64,000 nucleotides of DNA from Clostridia bacterium (lineage in GTDB: Bacteria > Bacillota > Clostridia > Oscillospirales > CAG-272): positions 1,611 through 65,610 of the forward strand of contig JAFQFS010000176.1 of NCBI GenBank assembly GCA_017398585.1. Direction: 5' to 3'. The position numbers were made by a program, and so were the translations under genes. Numbering within the stretch: position 1 is the stretch's first letter; the number at the start of each line of letters is the position of its first letter. Positions 46,990 through 56,275 of the stretch are shown in pieces. Under the pieces are notes generated by a model, which searched no databases, had not been told where the DNA came from, and was given only the letters and a program-made list of their open reading frames with translations.

Positions 46990-47481
46990 TTATTTTTTCG
47001 CGTCCATCATGGACTGCATCATTGCACGGCATCCGTCAGGAACCGCGTCGCCGAGTTCGCAGCCGTACTTCAGCAGCTCGCGCACATAGGTGGAGCTGAT
47101 TGCGGCGTATTCCGGCGAGGTGGGGAGGATGATCGTTTCAATGTGCGGAGCGAACCGCTTCATGATGAGCGAGAGGGTATATTCGTAGTCATAGTCGGTG
47201 GCGTTTCTCGCGCCGCGGACGATGACCGACGCGCCGATCTGCTCTGCGGCGTCGCTGGTCAGACCGCCGTAGACCATGGCGCGGACGTTCGGGATCCCTT
47301 CGATTGCCGCCTGCACGAGGGCGAGACGTTCGTCGGGGGTGAACAGACCGCTCTTCTTTTCGGAGTTCGCCACGATGACGACCCATACTTCGTCGAACAT
47401 CGCGGAGGAACGGCGGATGATATCGAGATGCCCTGACGTAACGGGGTCAAAGCTGCCCGTGATCATTGCGGTGCGCTTCAT
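46990..47481 (-). CDS. coaD: Pantetheine-phosphate adenylyltransferase
   Basis: N-terminal GSFDPVTSGHLDII motif and a length of 163 aa. Confidence 0.95.
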   Translation of the reverse strand: MKRTAMITGSFDPVTSGHLDIIRRSSAMFDEVWVVIVANSEKKSGLFTPDERLALVQAAIEGIPNVRAMVYGGLTSDAAEQIGASVIVRGARNATDYDYEYTLSLIMKRFAPHIETIILPTSPEYAAISSTYVRELLKYGCELGDAVPDGCRAMMQSMMDAKK

Positions 47482-47482
47482 C

Positions 47483-48106
47483 TTACTTCACGGGGGTCAG
47501 CAGGGTGATTCTCGTGCGGCCGTAGAGAACGGATTTCAGCACTTCGTACTTTGCGGCAAGTTCTTCCTTACCGCCGAACACGTCGCGGAGAACGAGTTCC
47601 GCCATGATTTCCTCATCCTTGCGCTGACGGGAATTCTTTACGGGAATGTCGCATTCGGTCTCGCAGACGATGTACGCGCCGTCGGCATAGAGATCGCCCT
47701 TATGAAGCGCTTCCAGTGCGGCGGGAAGGAGGTCGGAGTCGTACGGCGGATCAAGGAAGACGATGTCGTACTTTTCGCGTCCGGCGGCTCCGCGGATGAA
47801 GGAAGAGTAGTCCGCTGCGGAGATGCGGCACTTGTCAAACAGGTGGGTCTTCTTTGCGTTTTCCATGATGATGTTCACGGCGTCGCGGGACTGGTCGATG
47901 ATGGTCGCACGGGCCGCGCCGCGGGAGAGGGCTTCGATGGCGAGCTGACCGCTGCCGCCGAACAGATCGAGGACAGCACGTCCTTCGATGTCAAACTGGA
48001 TCATGGAAAAGAGGGCTTCTTTGACGCGGTCGGTGGTGGGTCTGGTGTTTTCCCCTTCAAGGGTCGCCAGCTTGGTGCCGCGCGCGCTTCCGGTGATTAC
48101 TCTCAT
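47483..48106 (-). CDS. rsmD: 16S rRNA (guanine(966)-N(2))-methyltransferase
   Basis: MRVITGSARG..RPTTDRVKEALF, SAM motif DLFGGSGQL and DPPY. It lies immediately upstream of coaD, the classic gene pair. Confidence 0.9.
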   Translation of the reverse strand: MRVITGSARGTKLATLEGENTRPTTDRVKEALFSMIQFDIEGRAVLDLFGGSGQLAIEALSRGAARATIIDQSRDAVNIIMENAKKTHLFDKCRISAADYSSFIRGAAGREKYDIVFLDPPYDSDLLPAALEALHKGDLYADGAYIVCETECDIPVKNSRQRKDEEIMAELVLRDVFGGKEELAAKYEVLKSVLYGRTRITLLTPVK

Positions 48107-48117
48107 ATGATTTGTGT

Positions 48118-48213
48118 TTCTCGGGGAAAACTTTTTTTCAAAAAAGTTTTCCCCGAACCCCTTTCAAAAAACTTTATACTATTATGAGGACAGAGTTTGT
48201 GCAGATTTGGAGT
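48118..48213 (-). repeat. Half composite element (unit + one GTGCAGAT arm) filling the uvrC-rsmD spacer
   Basis: TTCTCGGGGAAAAC-TTTTTTTCAAAAAA-GTTTTCCCCGAACCCCTTTCAAAAAACTTT..GTGCAGATTTGGAG. Confidence 0.85.
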
Positions 48214-48222
48214 TGATTTATT

Positions 48223-50106
48223 TTAATTGGGTTTCTTTGTATTGAAGTATTCGTAGACTGCTTCTGCGTCTTTCATGGAGATGCCGTTTACTTCGGCGAG
48301 TTCCGCGATGGACGCTTTTTTCAGTTCGGTGAATGATTTGAAGTGGTCGGTCAGGGCCTTGGCCTTGGCGGGACCGATGCCTTTGATTTTTTCGAGGGAG
48401 GAGGTTTTCATCTCTTTCCGTTTGGCGCCCGTCATGTGCGAGACGGTGTAGCGGTGAACTTCCTCCTGGATGCCGTAGATCAGGCGGAACACGTCCGCAT
48501 GACGGGCGATGTTCACTTCGCCCTCGTCGTCGGTGAGGGTGCGGGTCTTGTGGTGCTCGTCCTTGACCATGCCGAAGACAGGGATATCGAACCCGGTTTC
48601 CGCCATCAGTTCGCGGATGACCGAGACGTGTCCGCGTCCGCCGTCGAGCAGGATCAGATCGGGGCAGGCTCCCATGGAATCGCCTTCCACACCGATGTGG
48701 GTCAGGCGGCGGGAGATCGCTTCGCGCATGGCAGCATAGTCGTCCTGCGTGACCTTCGATTTGATGCCGAACGTCCGGTATTCGCTCTTTTTCAGCCGTC
48801 CGTCGACCGCCACGACCATGCCGGCGGTGATGTGTTCGTCACCGAGGTTCGAGATGTCGTACGCTTCAATGCGTTCCGGCACAACCTCCAATTGCAGCAG
48901 GGACGCGAGGCTGACCAGGGTACGCTCATCGTTCCGGTCGCGCTTCGCGGCATTTTCGGAGTGCTTTCCGGCATCCGCGACCGCCATTTCGCAGAGGTAT
49001 TTTGACGCGCCCTTCTTCGGCGTGCGGATGGTGACTTTGTGTTCCGCTTTTTCCGAGAGATAATCGGACAGCAGCAGCCGGTCGTGTTCCGGAAGTTCGA
49101 ACGACAGCAGGATCTCCGAAGGGATGAACTCGCGCGACTGGTACAGCGCCATGATGAACGCGGAAAGCGGGGAGTCTTCGTCGTCGGCTTCGGATACGTC
49201 CGCGATTTCGTCACTGCCGAACAGAAAGTGTTCCGTATCGGCGATGTAGCCGCTCCGGATATAAAAGACCGTCGCGCAGTCGCGGAACTTCACGTTTTCG
49301 CCGTCATACGACGTCAGGTGCAGACCGATCACGTCGCATTCCACATCGGGAGAGCCGACGGCTTTCTGGCGTTCCCCGAGCTTCCGCATGGCTTCGATGG
49401 TGTCGCGGCATCGCGCGGCTTCCTCGAATTCCAGTTCTTCCGCGGCACGGTTCATTTTTTCCGTCAGTTCGCGGATCACGTCTCTGGTACCGCCGCGCAG
49501 GATGTCCGCCGCACGTCCGATCGCTTCGTGGTAGACGGCATTGTCGACCCGTCCGGTGCAGACACCCATGCAGCGCCCGATCTGGTAGTAGACACACGGA
49601 CGGGACGAACCGATGTCCTCGGGGAACCGTTTTTTGCACGTCGGGATGCCGAGTGAGCGTTCGAGATGCGCGATCACGCTGAACACGGTCTGCGTGGACG
49701 AATACGGTCCGAAGTAGAGCGAGCCGTCCGGTACCCGTTTGCGCGACATGGAGATGCGCGGCCACTCGGACTTTACGTCGATGCGGATGTACGGATAAGC
49801 CTTCGCGTCTTTCAGACGGATGTTGTATTTGGGGGTGTACTGCTTGATGAGGCTGTTTTCGAGGGCGAGGGCTTCCATTTCCGTCGTGCAGGTGATGAAT
49901 CGGAAGTCGTGGACGGACGCCGCCATTTTCGTGGTCTTGGTGTCATGCACACCGTGGAAATACTGGGAGACGCGGTCGCGCAGGGAACGGGATTTCCCGA
50001 CGTAGATGACGTTTCCGGCCTCGTTTTCCATGATGTAGACCCCCGGAACACGGGGCAGAGCGGCGGATTTTGAGCGCAGATGCTCAATATTTTTTGAAAT
50101 TTCCAT
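48223..50106 (-). CDS. uvrC: Excinuclease ABC subunit C
   Basis: GIY-YIG motif (GVYIM..VIYVGKS), a UVR domain and a C-terminal HhH region. Confidence 0.95.
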   Translation of the reverse strand: MEISKNIEHLRSKSAALPRVPGVYIMENEAGNVIYVGKSRSLRDRVSQYFHGVHDTKTTKMAASVHDFRFITCTTEMEALALENSLIKQYTPKYNIRLKDAKAYPYIRIDVKSEWPRISMSRKRVPDGSLYFGPYSSTQTVFSVIAHLERSLGIPTCKKRFPEDIGSSRPCVYYQIGRCMGVCTGRVDNAVYHEAIGRAADILRGGTRDVIRELTEKMNRAAEELEFEEAARCRDTIEAMRKLGERQKAVGSPDVECDVIGLHLTSYDGENVKFRDCATVFYIRSGYIADTEHFLFGSDEIADVSEADDEDSPLSAFIMALYQSREFIPSEILLSFELPEHDRLLLSDYLSEKAEHKVTIRTPKKGASKYLCEMAVADAGKHSENAAKRDRNDERTLVSLASLLQLEVVPERIEAYDISNLGDEHITAGMVVAVDGRLKKSEYRTFGIKSKVTQDDYAAMREAISRRLTHIGVEGDSMGACPDLILLDGGRGHVSVIRELMAETGFDIPVFGMVKDEHHKTRTLTDDEGEVNIARHADVFRLIYGIQEEVHRYTVSHMTGAKRKEMKTSSLEKIKGIGPAKAKALTDHFKSFTELKKASIAELAEVNGISMKDAEAVYEYFNTKKPN

Positions 50107-50153
50107 AGGTATAGTGTTCGCGCCGCCGGCGCGTTTTATGCCTTATAACAAAT

Positions 50154-50180
50154 TGAGCGAAGGTGAAACACCCTCGCTCA
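50154..50180 (-). terminator. Possible terminator after ptsH
   Basis: TGAGCGAGGG-TGTTTCA-CCTTCGCTCA on the minus strand, with only a weak U-tract. Confidence 0.4.
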
Positions 50181-50198
50181 GGTTTGTATCCAATTTGA

Positions 50199-50462
50199 TT
50201 ATTCGGTGAAACCGGTGTCGATGAGGGTTGCGAGACCTTCGAGAGCGTCTGCTTCGTCGTTGCCGTCAGCGATAAGGGTGATGGTCATGCCCTTAACGAT
50301 ACCGAGGGAAAGAACACCGAGAAGGCTCTTTGCGTTTACTCTGCGGTCATCCTTTTCAACCCAGATAGAGCTCTTGAAGGAGTTTGCCTTCTGAATGAAG
50401 AAAGTAGCCGGTCTTGCGTGCAGACCTACATTGTTCTTAATGGTTACATCGCGTGAAATCAT
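50199..50462 (-). CDS. ptsH: HPr family phosphocarrier protein
   Basis: His-15 context GLHARPA and Ser-46 context NAKSLLGV. AGGAG SD. Starts at MISRDV. Confidence 0.9.
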   Translation of the reverse strand: MISRDVTIKNNVGLHARPATFFIQKANSFKSSIWVEKDDRRVNAKSLLGVLSLGIVKGMTITLIADGNDEADALEGLATLIDTGFTE

Positions 50463-50771
50463 ACTATTATCTCCTAAAATTTCATTAATTAATGTAGATA
50501 ATATGAGGCACAATCCCACGCCGAAGTTACGCAGATAAGTGCGGCTGTATCGTCATGGAAGCCATTCTGAAAGAAATACAAAAATGGCTACACCTCTGAA
50601 TCTATCTATATTATAACAAATTCCTGCGGTTAAATCAATAGTTTTGACTTATTTTTTAGTCGGCAAACTCCACAACTTGCGGATAAGATTTATGAGAAAT
50701 TTGGATGAAAATTTACCGAAACTTAAAAATTAGATAAGTTTTGTTTCAATATTTTATGATTTTCCAGTCCG

Positions 50772-50853
50772 AAAAGGTTTTTCGGGAAGGGACGAGACTT
50801 CCTCTGGAAGTCTCGGGGAACCCTTTTTCCCCAAAAAAGGGTTCCCCGGAAAA
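50772..50853 (+). repeat. Repeat unit (A orientation) with an inserted GAGACTT..AAGTCTC hairpin, abutting the ileS stop
   Basis: GAAAAGGTTTTTCGGGAAGGGAC-GAGACTTCCTCTGGAAGTCTC-GGGGAACCC-TTTTTCCCCAAAAAA-GGGTTCCCCGGAAAAC. Confidence 0.8.
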
Positions 50854-50854
50854 C

Positions 50855-53800
50855 TTAAATCTTCTTAACGGCAATGGTGACCTTTTCGCCGTTGACGTCC
50901 CAGTCCTTCACGAGAGTGAAGCCGTCGGCTGCTTCGTAGACGAGGCTGTCGCAGAGAACGGTCTTGCAAAGTTCGTCGGAGTCGGCACGGAGGATCTCTT
51001 CGATCTTTGCGCTGCCGGTGACGGAAACCGCGATGTGGTCGGTCACAACGAAGTCCGCTTCCTTACGCATGGTCTGAACCTTGGAGATGACTTCGCGGAC
51101 GAAGCCTTCGGTGATCAGTTCGGGCGTGAGGTTGGTGTCGAGAGCGACCGCGATGCCGTTATCGGCAAGGCTGAAGTAGCCTTCCTTCTGCTTCACATCG
51201 ATGAGAAGGTCGTCCTTGGTGAGTTCGACCGCCGCACCGTCGAAGTCGAGGTGGAGAGCGCCGGTGGATTCGAGTTCCGCCATTGCCTTATTGCCGTCGA
51301 AATCGTCTGCCTGGAGGGTTGCGCGGATCTTGCCGAGGAGCTTGCCGTACTTCGGACCGACGGTCTTGAGGTTCGGCTTGAAGGAGTAGGAGGACAGAGC
51401 GGACATATCGTCGGTGAAGACGACTTCCTTGACGTTCAGTTCGTCGCGGATGATGTCGGTGAAGATGCCGTCGACGGCGGTTTCCGCCTTGACATACATT
51501 GCTGCGAGAGGCTGACGGTTCTTGGTGTTCGCGCCGTTTCTTGCGGCACGGCCGAGAACAACGATGTCAACGACTTCCTTCATGTTGGCTTCGAGCGCCT
51601 TGTCGATCATGGATTCGTCCGCTTCCGGATAGCTGCAGAGGTGAACGGAAACGGGCGCGTTCCGGTCAACGGAGCCGACGAGGTTGCGGTAGATGTCATC
51701 CGCCATGAACGGGATGTGCGGAGCGGCTGCCTTCACGAGGGTGACAAGGCAGGTGTAAAGGGTCATGTAGGCCGCGATCTTGTCGTCGGTCATTTCGGTA
51801 CCCCAGTAACGTTCACGGGAGCGGCGTACGTACCAGTTGGACAGTTCGTCCACGAATTCGTACAGAGCCTTTGCGGATTCGGGGATGCGGTAGTTTGCGA
51901 GATGATTGTCGACCGTCTTCACGGTGGTGTTCATTACGGACAGGATGTACTTATCCATAACGGTGAGGGCGCAGTCCTTCAGTTCGTACTTTGTGGGATC
52001 GAAGGAGTCGATGTCCGCATAGAGAACGTAGAACGCGTAGGTGTTCCAGAGGGTGCTGAGGAACTTTCTCTGCGCTTCGGTGACGGCCTTGCCGGAGAAG
52101 CGGGAGGGGAGCCACGGAGCGGAGTTGGTGTAGAAGTACCAGCGGATCGCATCGGCGCCGTAGGTGTTCAGAGCGTCGAACGGGTCAACGGCATTGCCCT
52201 TGGACTTACTCATCTTCTGACCGTTTTCGTCCTGAACGTGACCGAGGACGATGACGTTCTTGTAGGGCGAGCAGTCGAAGAGGAGGGTGGAGATCGCCAT
52301 GAGCGAGTAGAACCAGCCGCGGGTCTGGTCAACGGCTTCGGAAATGAAGTCTGCCGGGAACTGAGCCTTGAACAGGTCTTCGTTTTCGAAGGGATAGTGA
52401 TGCTGAGCGAACGGCATGGAACCGGAGTCGAACCAGCAGTCGATGACTTCGGGTACGCGGTGCATTTCGCCGCCGCATTCCGGGCACTTGAGGGTAACGG
52501 CGTCGATGTAGGGACGGTGGAGTTCGATATCTTCGGGGCAGTTTCCGGACATTTCCTTCAGTTCCGCGATGGAGCCGATGGAGTGGCGGTGACCGCAGGA
52601 GCATTCCCAGATGTTGAGAGGAGTACCCCAGTAGCGGTTACGGGAGATCGCCCAGTCCTGAACGTTTTCGAGCCAGTCGCCGAAGCGTCCCTTGCCGATG
52701 GATTCGGGGATCCAGTTGACGGTGTTGTTGTTGCGTACGAGATTTTCGCGCACGTCGGTCATCTTGATGTACCAGGATTCGCGTGCGTAGTAGATCAGGG
52801 GAGTGTCGCATCTCCAGCAGTGCGGGTATTCGTGTTCAAACTTCGGAGCGTCGAACAGCTTGCCCTCAGCGCGGAGGTCTTCGAGGATGATCGGGTCCGC
52901 CTTCTTGACGAAGGTACCTGCGTAGGGGGTCTCTTCGGTCATGTTGCCGGCGCCGTCAACGAACTGAACGAACGGGAGGTCGTACTTTCTGCCGACCTTG
53001 GCGTCGTCTTCACCGAATGCGGGAGCGATATGAACGATGCCGGTACCGTCGCTCATGGTGACGTAGTTGTCGCAGGTGACGAAGTGAGCCTTCTTCTTCT
53101 GACGGTCGGCAGCTTCGCCGGCGCAGGCAAAGAGGGGTTCATATTCCCTGTGTTCGAGGTCGGTGCCCTTGTATTCCTCAACGACAGTATATGCGGGAGC
53201 ATCTTCGGTCTTGAGTTTTCCGAGAACGGTATCGAGCAGAGCCTTTGCCATGTAGTAGGTGTAACCGTCGGCGGCGTTTACCTTGCAGTAGGTTTCGTCG
53301 GGGTTCACGCAGAGCGCGAGGTTGGAGGGAAGGGTCCACGGAGTCGTGGTCCATGCGAGGAAGTAAGCGTCTTCGCCCTTTACCTTGAAACGGACAACGG
53401 CGGAGCGTTCCTTGACGGTCTTGTAGCCCTGAGCAACTTCCTGAGCGGAGAGCGGGGTACCGCAGCGCGGGCAGTAGGGAACGATCTTGAAGCCCTTGTA
53501 GAGGAGGCCCTTGTTCCAGATTTCCTTGAGTGCCCACCATTCGGATTCGATGAAGTTGTTGTCGTAGGTGACGTAGGGGTTGTCCATGTCCGCCCAGAAG
53601 CCGACGGTGCCGGAGAAGTCTTCCCACATGCCCTTGTACTTCCATACGGATTCCTTGCATTCCTTGATGAAGGGTTCGAGACCGTACTGTTCGATCTGTT
53701 CCTTGCCGTCGAGACCGAGCTTCTTTTCAACTTCGATTTCAACCGGGAGACCGTGGGTGTCCCAGCCGGCCTTGCGCGGAACGTCGCGGCCCTTCATCCA

Positions 53801-54016
53801 GTGGTAGCGCGGGATCATGTCCTTGATAACGCGGGTGAGAACGTGACCGATATGCGGCTTGCCGTTTGCGGTCGGAGGACCGTCGTAGAAGGTGTAGCCC
53901 GGGCGGCCTTCGCTCTGCTTCAGCTGCTGTTCGAAGATCTTGTTTTCGTTCCAGAACTTCAGCACTTCGCGTTCGCGTTCCACGAAGTTTAAGTTGGTGT
54001 TGACTTTGTTGTACAT
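50855..54016 (-). CDS. ileS: Isoleucine--tRNA ligase (type 2, ~1053 aa)
   Basis: HIGH motif (KPHIGHVLTR), KMSKS, and an Ile T-box upstream. Starts at MYNKVNTNLNF. The 27-codon extension in the ORF track is repeat-derived and was rejected. Confidence 0.95.
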   Translation of the reverse strand: MYNKVNTNLNFVEREREVLKFWNENKIFEQQLKQSEGRPGYTFYDGPPTANGKPHIGHVLTRVIKDMIPRYHWMKGRDVPRKAGWDTHGLPVEIEVEKKLGLDGKEQIEQYGLEPFIKECKESVWKYKGMWEDFSGTVGFWADMDNPYVTYDNNFIESEWWALKEIWNKGLLYKGFKIVPYCPRCGTPLSAQEVAQGYKTVKERSAVVRFKVKGEDAYFLAWTTTPWTLPSNLALCVNPDETYCKVNAADGYTYYMAKALLDTVLGKLKTEDAPAYTVVEEYKGTDLEHREYEPLFACAGEAADRQKKKAHFVTCDNYVTMSDGTGIVHIAPAFGEDDAKVGRKYDLPFVQFVDGAGNMTEETPYAGTFVKKADPIILEDLRAEGKLFDAPKFEHEYPHCWRCDTPLIYYARESWYIKMTDVRENLVRNNNTVNWIPESIGKGRFGDWLENVQDWAISRNRYWGTPLNIWECSCGHRHSIGSIAELKEMSGNCPEDIELHRPYIDAVTLKCPECGGEMHRVPEVIDCWFDSGSMPFAQHHYPFENEDLFKAQFPADFISEAVDQTRGWFYSLMAISTLLFDCSPYKNVIVLGHVQDENGQKMSKSKGNAVDPFDALNTYGADAIRWYFYTNSAPWLPSRFSGKAVTEAQRKFLSTLWNTYAFYVLYADIDSFDPTKYELKDCALTVMDKYILSVMNTTVKTVDNHLANYRIPESAKALYEFVDELSNWYVRRSRERYWGTEMTDDKIAAYMTLYTCLVTLVKAAAPHIPFMADDIYRNLVGSVDRNAPVSVHLCSYPEADESMIDKALEANMKEVVDIVVLGRAARNGANTKNRQPLAAMYVKAETAVDGIFTDIIRDELNVKEVVFTDDMSALSSYSFKPNLKTVGPKYGKLLGKIRATLQADDFDGNKAMAELESTGALHLDFDGAAVELTKDDLLIDVKQKEGYFSLADNGIAVALDTNLTPELITEGFVREVISKVQTMRKEADFVVTDHIAVSVTGSAKIEEILRADSDELCKTVLCDSLVYEAADGFTLVKDWDVNGEKVTIAVKKI

Positions 54017-54028
54017 GATGGATTGTGT

Positions 54029-54140
54029 TTCTTGGGGGAAACTTTTTGCAAAAAGTTTCCCCCGGAGACTTACGGAGTAAGTCTCGTCCCCTTTCAAAAA
54101 ACTTTAAAATAATGAAATGGATTTGGCTTTGTGCAGATTG
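54029..54140 (-). repeat. Half composite element inside the ileS 5' UTR
   Basis: A unit with the extra GAGACTTACGGAGTAAGTCTC hairpin plus one GTGCAGAT arm. It lies between the T-box terminator and the ileS ATG. Confidence 0.85.
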
Positions 54141-54169
54141 CTTGTATATAGAATTTGCGGGAAGTGCGA

Positions 54170-54398
54170 AAAAACAAAAAAAGCCCGGAGATGTCCGGGA
54201 CAGAAAGATTCTGTTATACCACTCGCACACATGATACGTCTCCGCTGTAACGGTCGGATTCCGGTATAAGCTACTTTTTCCGGGGAAATTTCACCATACG
54301 ACTCGGGAAGGATGTTCTGCGGCTGCGTCGTACCGGCTTCCACCAACACCGGCTCTCTGTGACTTCGCTGGACTGCATACTTGGTTCCGTCATTGTCT
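54170..54398 (-). promoter_or_regulatory. T-box leader, Ile specifier (AUC)
   Basis: Read on the minus strand: AAUGA, AGUA, CAGAGAG, GGUGUUGGUGGAA, GAACAUCC (AUC), AGUAG, the F-box CCGUUA, a T-box-like GAGUGGUAUAACAG, and the terminator CCCGGA-CATC-TCCGGG followed by U7. Confidence 0.8.
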
Positions 54399-54405
54399 TT
54401 GGTTT

Positions 54406-54434
54406 ATTATAACGTATCTTTTGTGGTTTGTCAA
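54406..54434 (-). promoter_or_regulatory. Promoter of the ileS T-box leader (TTGACA-17-TATAAT on the minus strand)
   Basis: On the plus strand, TGTCAA lies at 54429-54434 and ATTATA at 54406-54411. Confidence 0.75.
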
Positions 54435-54481
54435 GCGGGAAATACGAACAATTTTCGGGAAGCTGTACGGTCGGGTTTTGT

Positions 54482-55048
54482 TCAATCCCGGTGCAGACGC
54501 TGTTTGTCCCACCGCCATGCGGTAAAGAGGAAGACCGCGATGTACTGGAGGATAAATCCGGCGACTGCGAGAAGATATGAAAAAATTCTCGGAATCGGGA
54601 GGTCATAGAAGATCGCCTGCGGCACATACAGAAAGCTGACATATTGATTTACAAGTGCTTCACTGATAAGATAGCACAGCGGCAGCGGAACGGAGTACAG
54701 CGCATACAGGAGAATATCCCAGCATCCGTGGACGGACATGAACTTCCGGAACAGGGATTTCAGATCAAAGGTATCCTTTGTTTCCTGAAGGACAAAACGC
54801 TTGTAGGTACCGTTTTTGTTAAAATATACCGTATAAAGCGGGATGACATACAGAAGGGTCATCAAAAGGTACCCGATTCGGTTTACGATTTCATTCTGTC
54901 CGGTTTCTGTCAATTCCATCAATCTGCTTATAATCAGCGGTGCGGCGAACATGATAAAAATAAAAAATATCCCGATAATAATGAGTCCGCAGAGGATGAA
55001 CAGGACGATCCGTTCCCGCATTTCCTCGCCGGTCGGACGATGTTTCAT
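54482..55048 (-). CDS. Hypothetical integral membrane protein
   Basis: 188 aa with several TM segments. It is visibly more AT-rich than its neighbours. Confidence 0.65.
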   Translation of the reverse strand: MKHRPTGEEMRERIVLFILCGLIIIGIFFIFIMFAAPLIISRLMELTETGQNEIVNRIGYLLMTLLYVIPLYTVYFNKNGTYKRFVLQETKDTFDLKSLFRKFMSVHGCWDILLYALYSVPLPLCYLISEALVNQYVSFLYVPQAIFYDLPIPRIFSYLLAVAGFILQYIAVFLFTAWRWDKQRLHRD

Positions 55049-55211
55049 GCAAAATACCTCCGAAAGCAGTTTTATATACTGTAATTATACCATATACGGT
55101 TTTATTTTCAAGAGTTTGGAAAAGAAATTTCTCCCGCCTTCCTTGACATATCTTCCGGAAACTGTTATACTATGCACAGAAATATTAAAATTCCCGGCGG
55201 AGGATGTAATA

Positions 55212-55955
55212 ATGTATACGTATTCCGAATTCTGCGGCTTCAAACGGGCGGATTTCAGGTTTGAAGACCGTGACGCTCTCATCGTTTTCCCGAAGGAACC
55301 CGAACCTCAGGGACGCTGGATGATGAAAATGGAATATTTCGGTGCGTTTCCGGCTCTGGAGGTCGAACTGCTGAACCGCGGGTGGCATCTCTGCTACCTC
55401 CGCAACGTCAACCGCTGGGGTACCGACGTGGATTCCGACGCGAAGGCGCGTTTTGCGGATTTCATCGCGGACGAGTTCGGTCTGGAGCGGAAGTTCACCT
55501 GCGTCGGCATGAGCTGCGGCGGCATCTGCTCGGTCAATTTTGCCGCACGTCATCCGGAGTACGCGGCGTTCCTCTACCTTGACGCGCCGGTCATGAATCT
55601 GCTGTCCTGCCCGATGGGGTTCGGCGTGGGTGAATCGCTCGGTGAAAACGGCAGCGGATGGAAGGAAATCGTGGACGCGTACGGCTTTGATCTGCCCACA
55701 CTTCTGACGTGGCGCGGACATCCGATTGACAAGATTCCGACTCTGGCGGAGCATAAGATTCCGGTTGCGCTGATCTACGGCGACTCCGATCCGGTGGTAC
55801 CGTATGTGGAAAACGGGATTGTACTGGAAAAGTATTATAAGAAACACGGACTTCCGCTGTTCTGCGTGGGGAAAGCCGGCTGCGGACATCACCCGCACGG
55901 ACTGGAAGACAATACCGCTCTGGTGGAATTCATCGAACAGCAGACGAAGGCGTAA
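55212..55955 (+). CDS. Alpha/beta hydrolase (esterase-like)
   Basis: The start at MYTYSEF has a GGAGGA SD. Nucleophile elbow GMSCGG and a C-terminal GCGHHPH context. The 123-codon extension was rejected. Confidence 0.65.
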   Translation: MYTYSEFCGFKRADFRFEDRDALIVFPKEPEPQGRWMMKMEYFGAFPALEVELLNRGWHLCYLRNVNRWGTDVDSDAKARFADFIADEFGLERKFTCVGMSCGGICSVNFAARHPEYAAFLYLDAPVMNLLSCPMGFGVGESLGENGSGWKEIVDAYGFDLPTLLTWRGHPIDKIPTLAEHKIPVALIYGDSDPVVPYVENGIVLEKYYKKHGLPLFCVGKAGCGHHPHGLEDNTALVEFIEQQTKA

Positions 55956-55988
55956 TTTTGTCGGCGGACGGGCGGTTTGTACCTTCCA

Positions 55989-56235
55989 AGGCTCCCTCCG
56001 GGAGGGAGCTGTCCCGTAGGGACTGAGGGAGAATGCGTCATGAGCGATTTGAATTTCTGCCGAAGGCATGCGGCTGTAAGTTTTGCTTTGATTACAAAAT
56101 ACAGCGACTCAAATTTTTAGTACCGCGTTCTCCTTCCGACGGCTTCGCCGCCACCTTCCTCCCGGAGGAAGGCTCATTGAGATAACCAAATTTCAACTTC
56201 AGCCGACAGTATTCAACTGGCACTACAGGTTAATT
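55989..56235 (-). repeat. Structured repeat, copy 2 (reverse orientation; one terminal repeat missing)
   Basis: It aligns along its length with 28441-28688 and shows compensatory stem substitutions. It retains ACTGGCACTACAGGTTAATTT at one end only. Confidence 0.8.
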
Positions 56236-56275
56236 TATCAAAAATAAAATTATATATATCATGGAGGACTCAACA

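Noticed and set aside
50463-50770. AT-rich 300-nt spacer between ptsH and ileS as a possible sRNA or tRNA locus
   Set aside because: I could find no tRNA cloverleaf, conserved ncRNA motif or promoter/terminator pair. It most likely contains the ptsH promoter region.
50741-53992. 1083-aa ORF on the plus strand
   Set aside because: It is antisense to ileS, whose HIGH and KMSKS motifs and T-box make the minus-strand gene certain. This is a shadow ORF.
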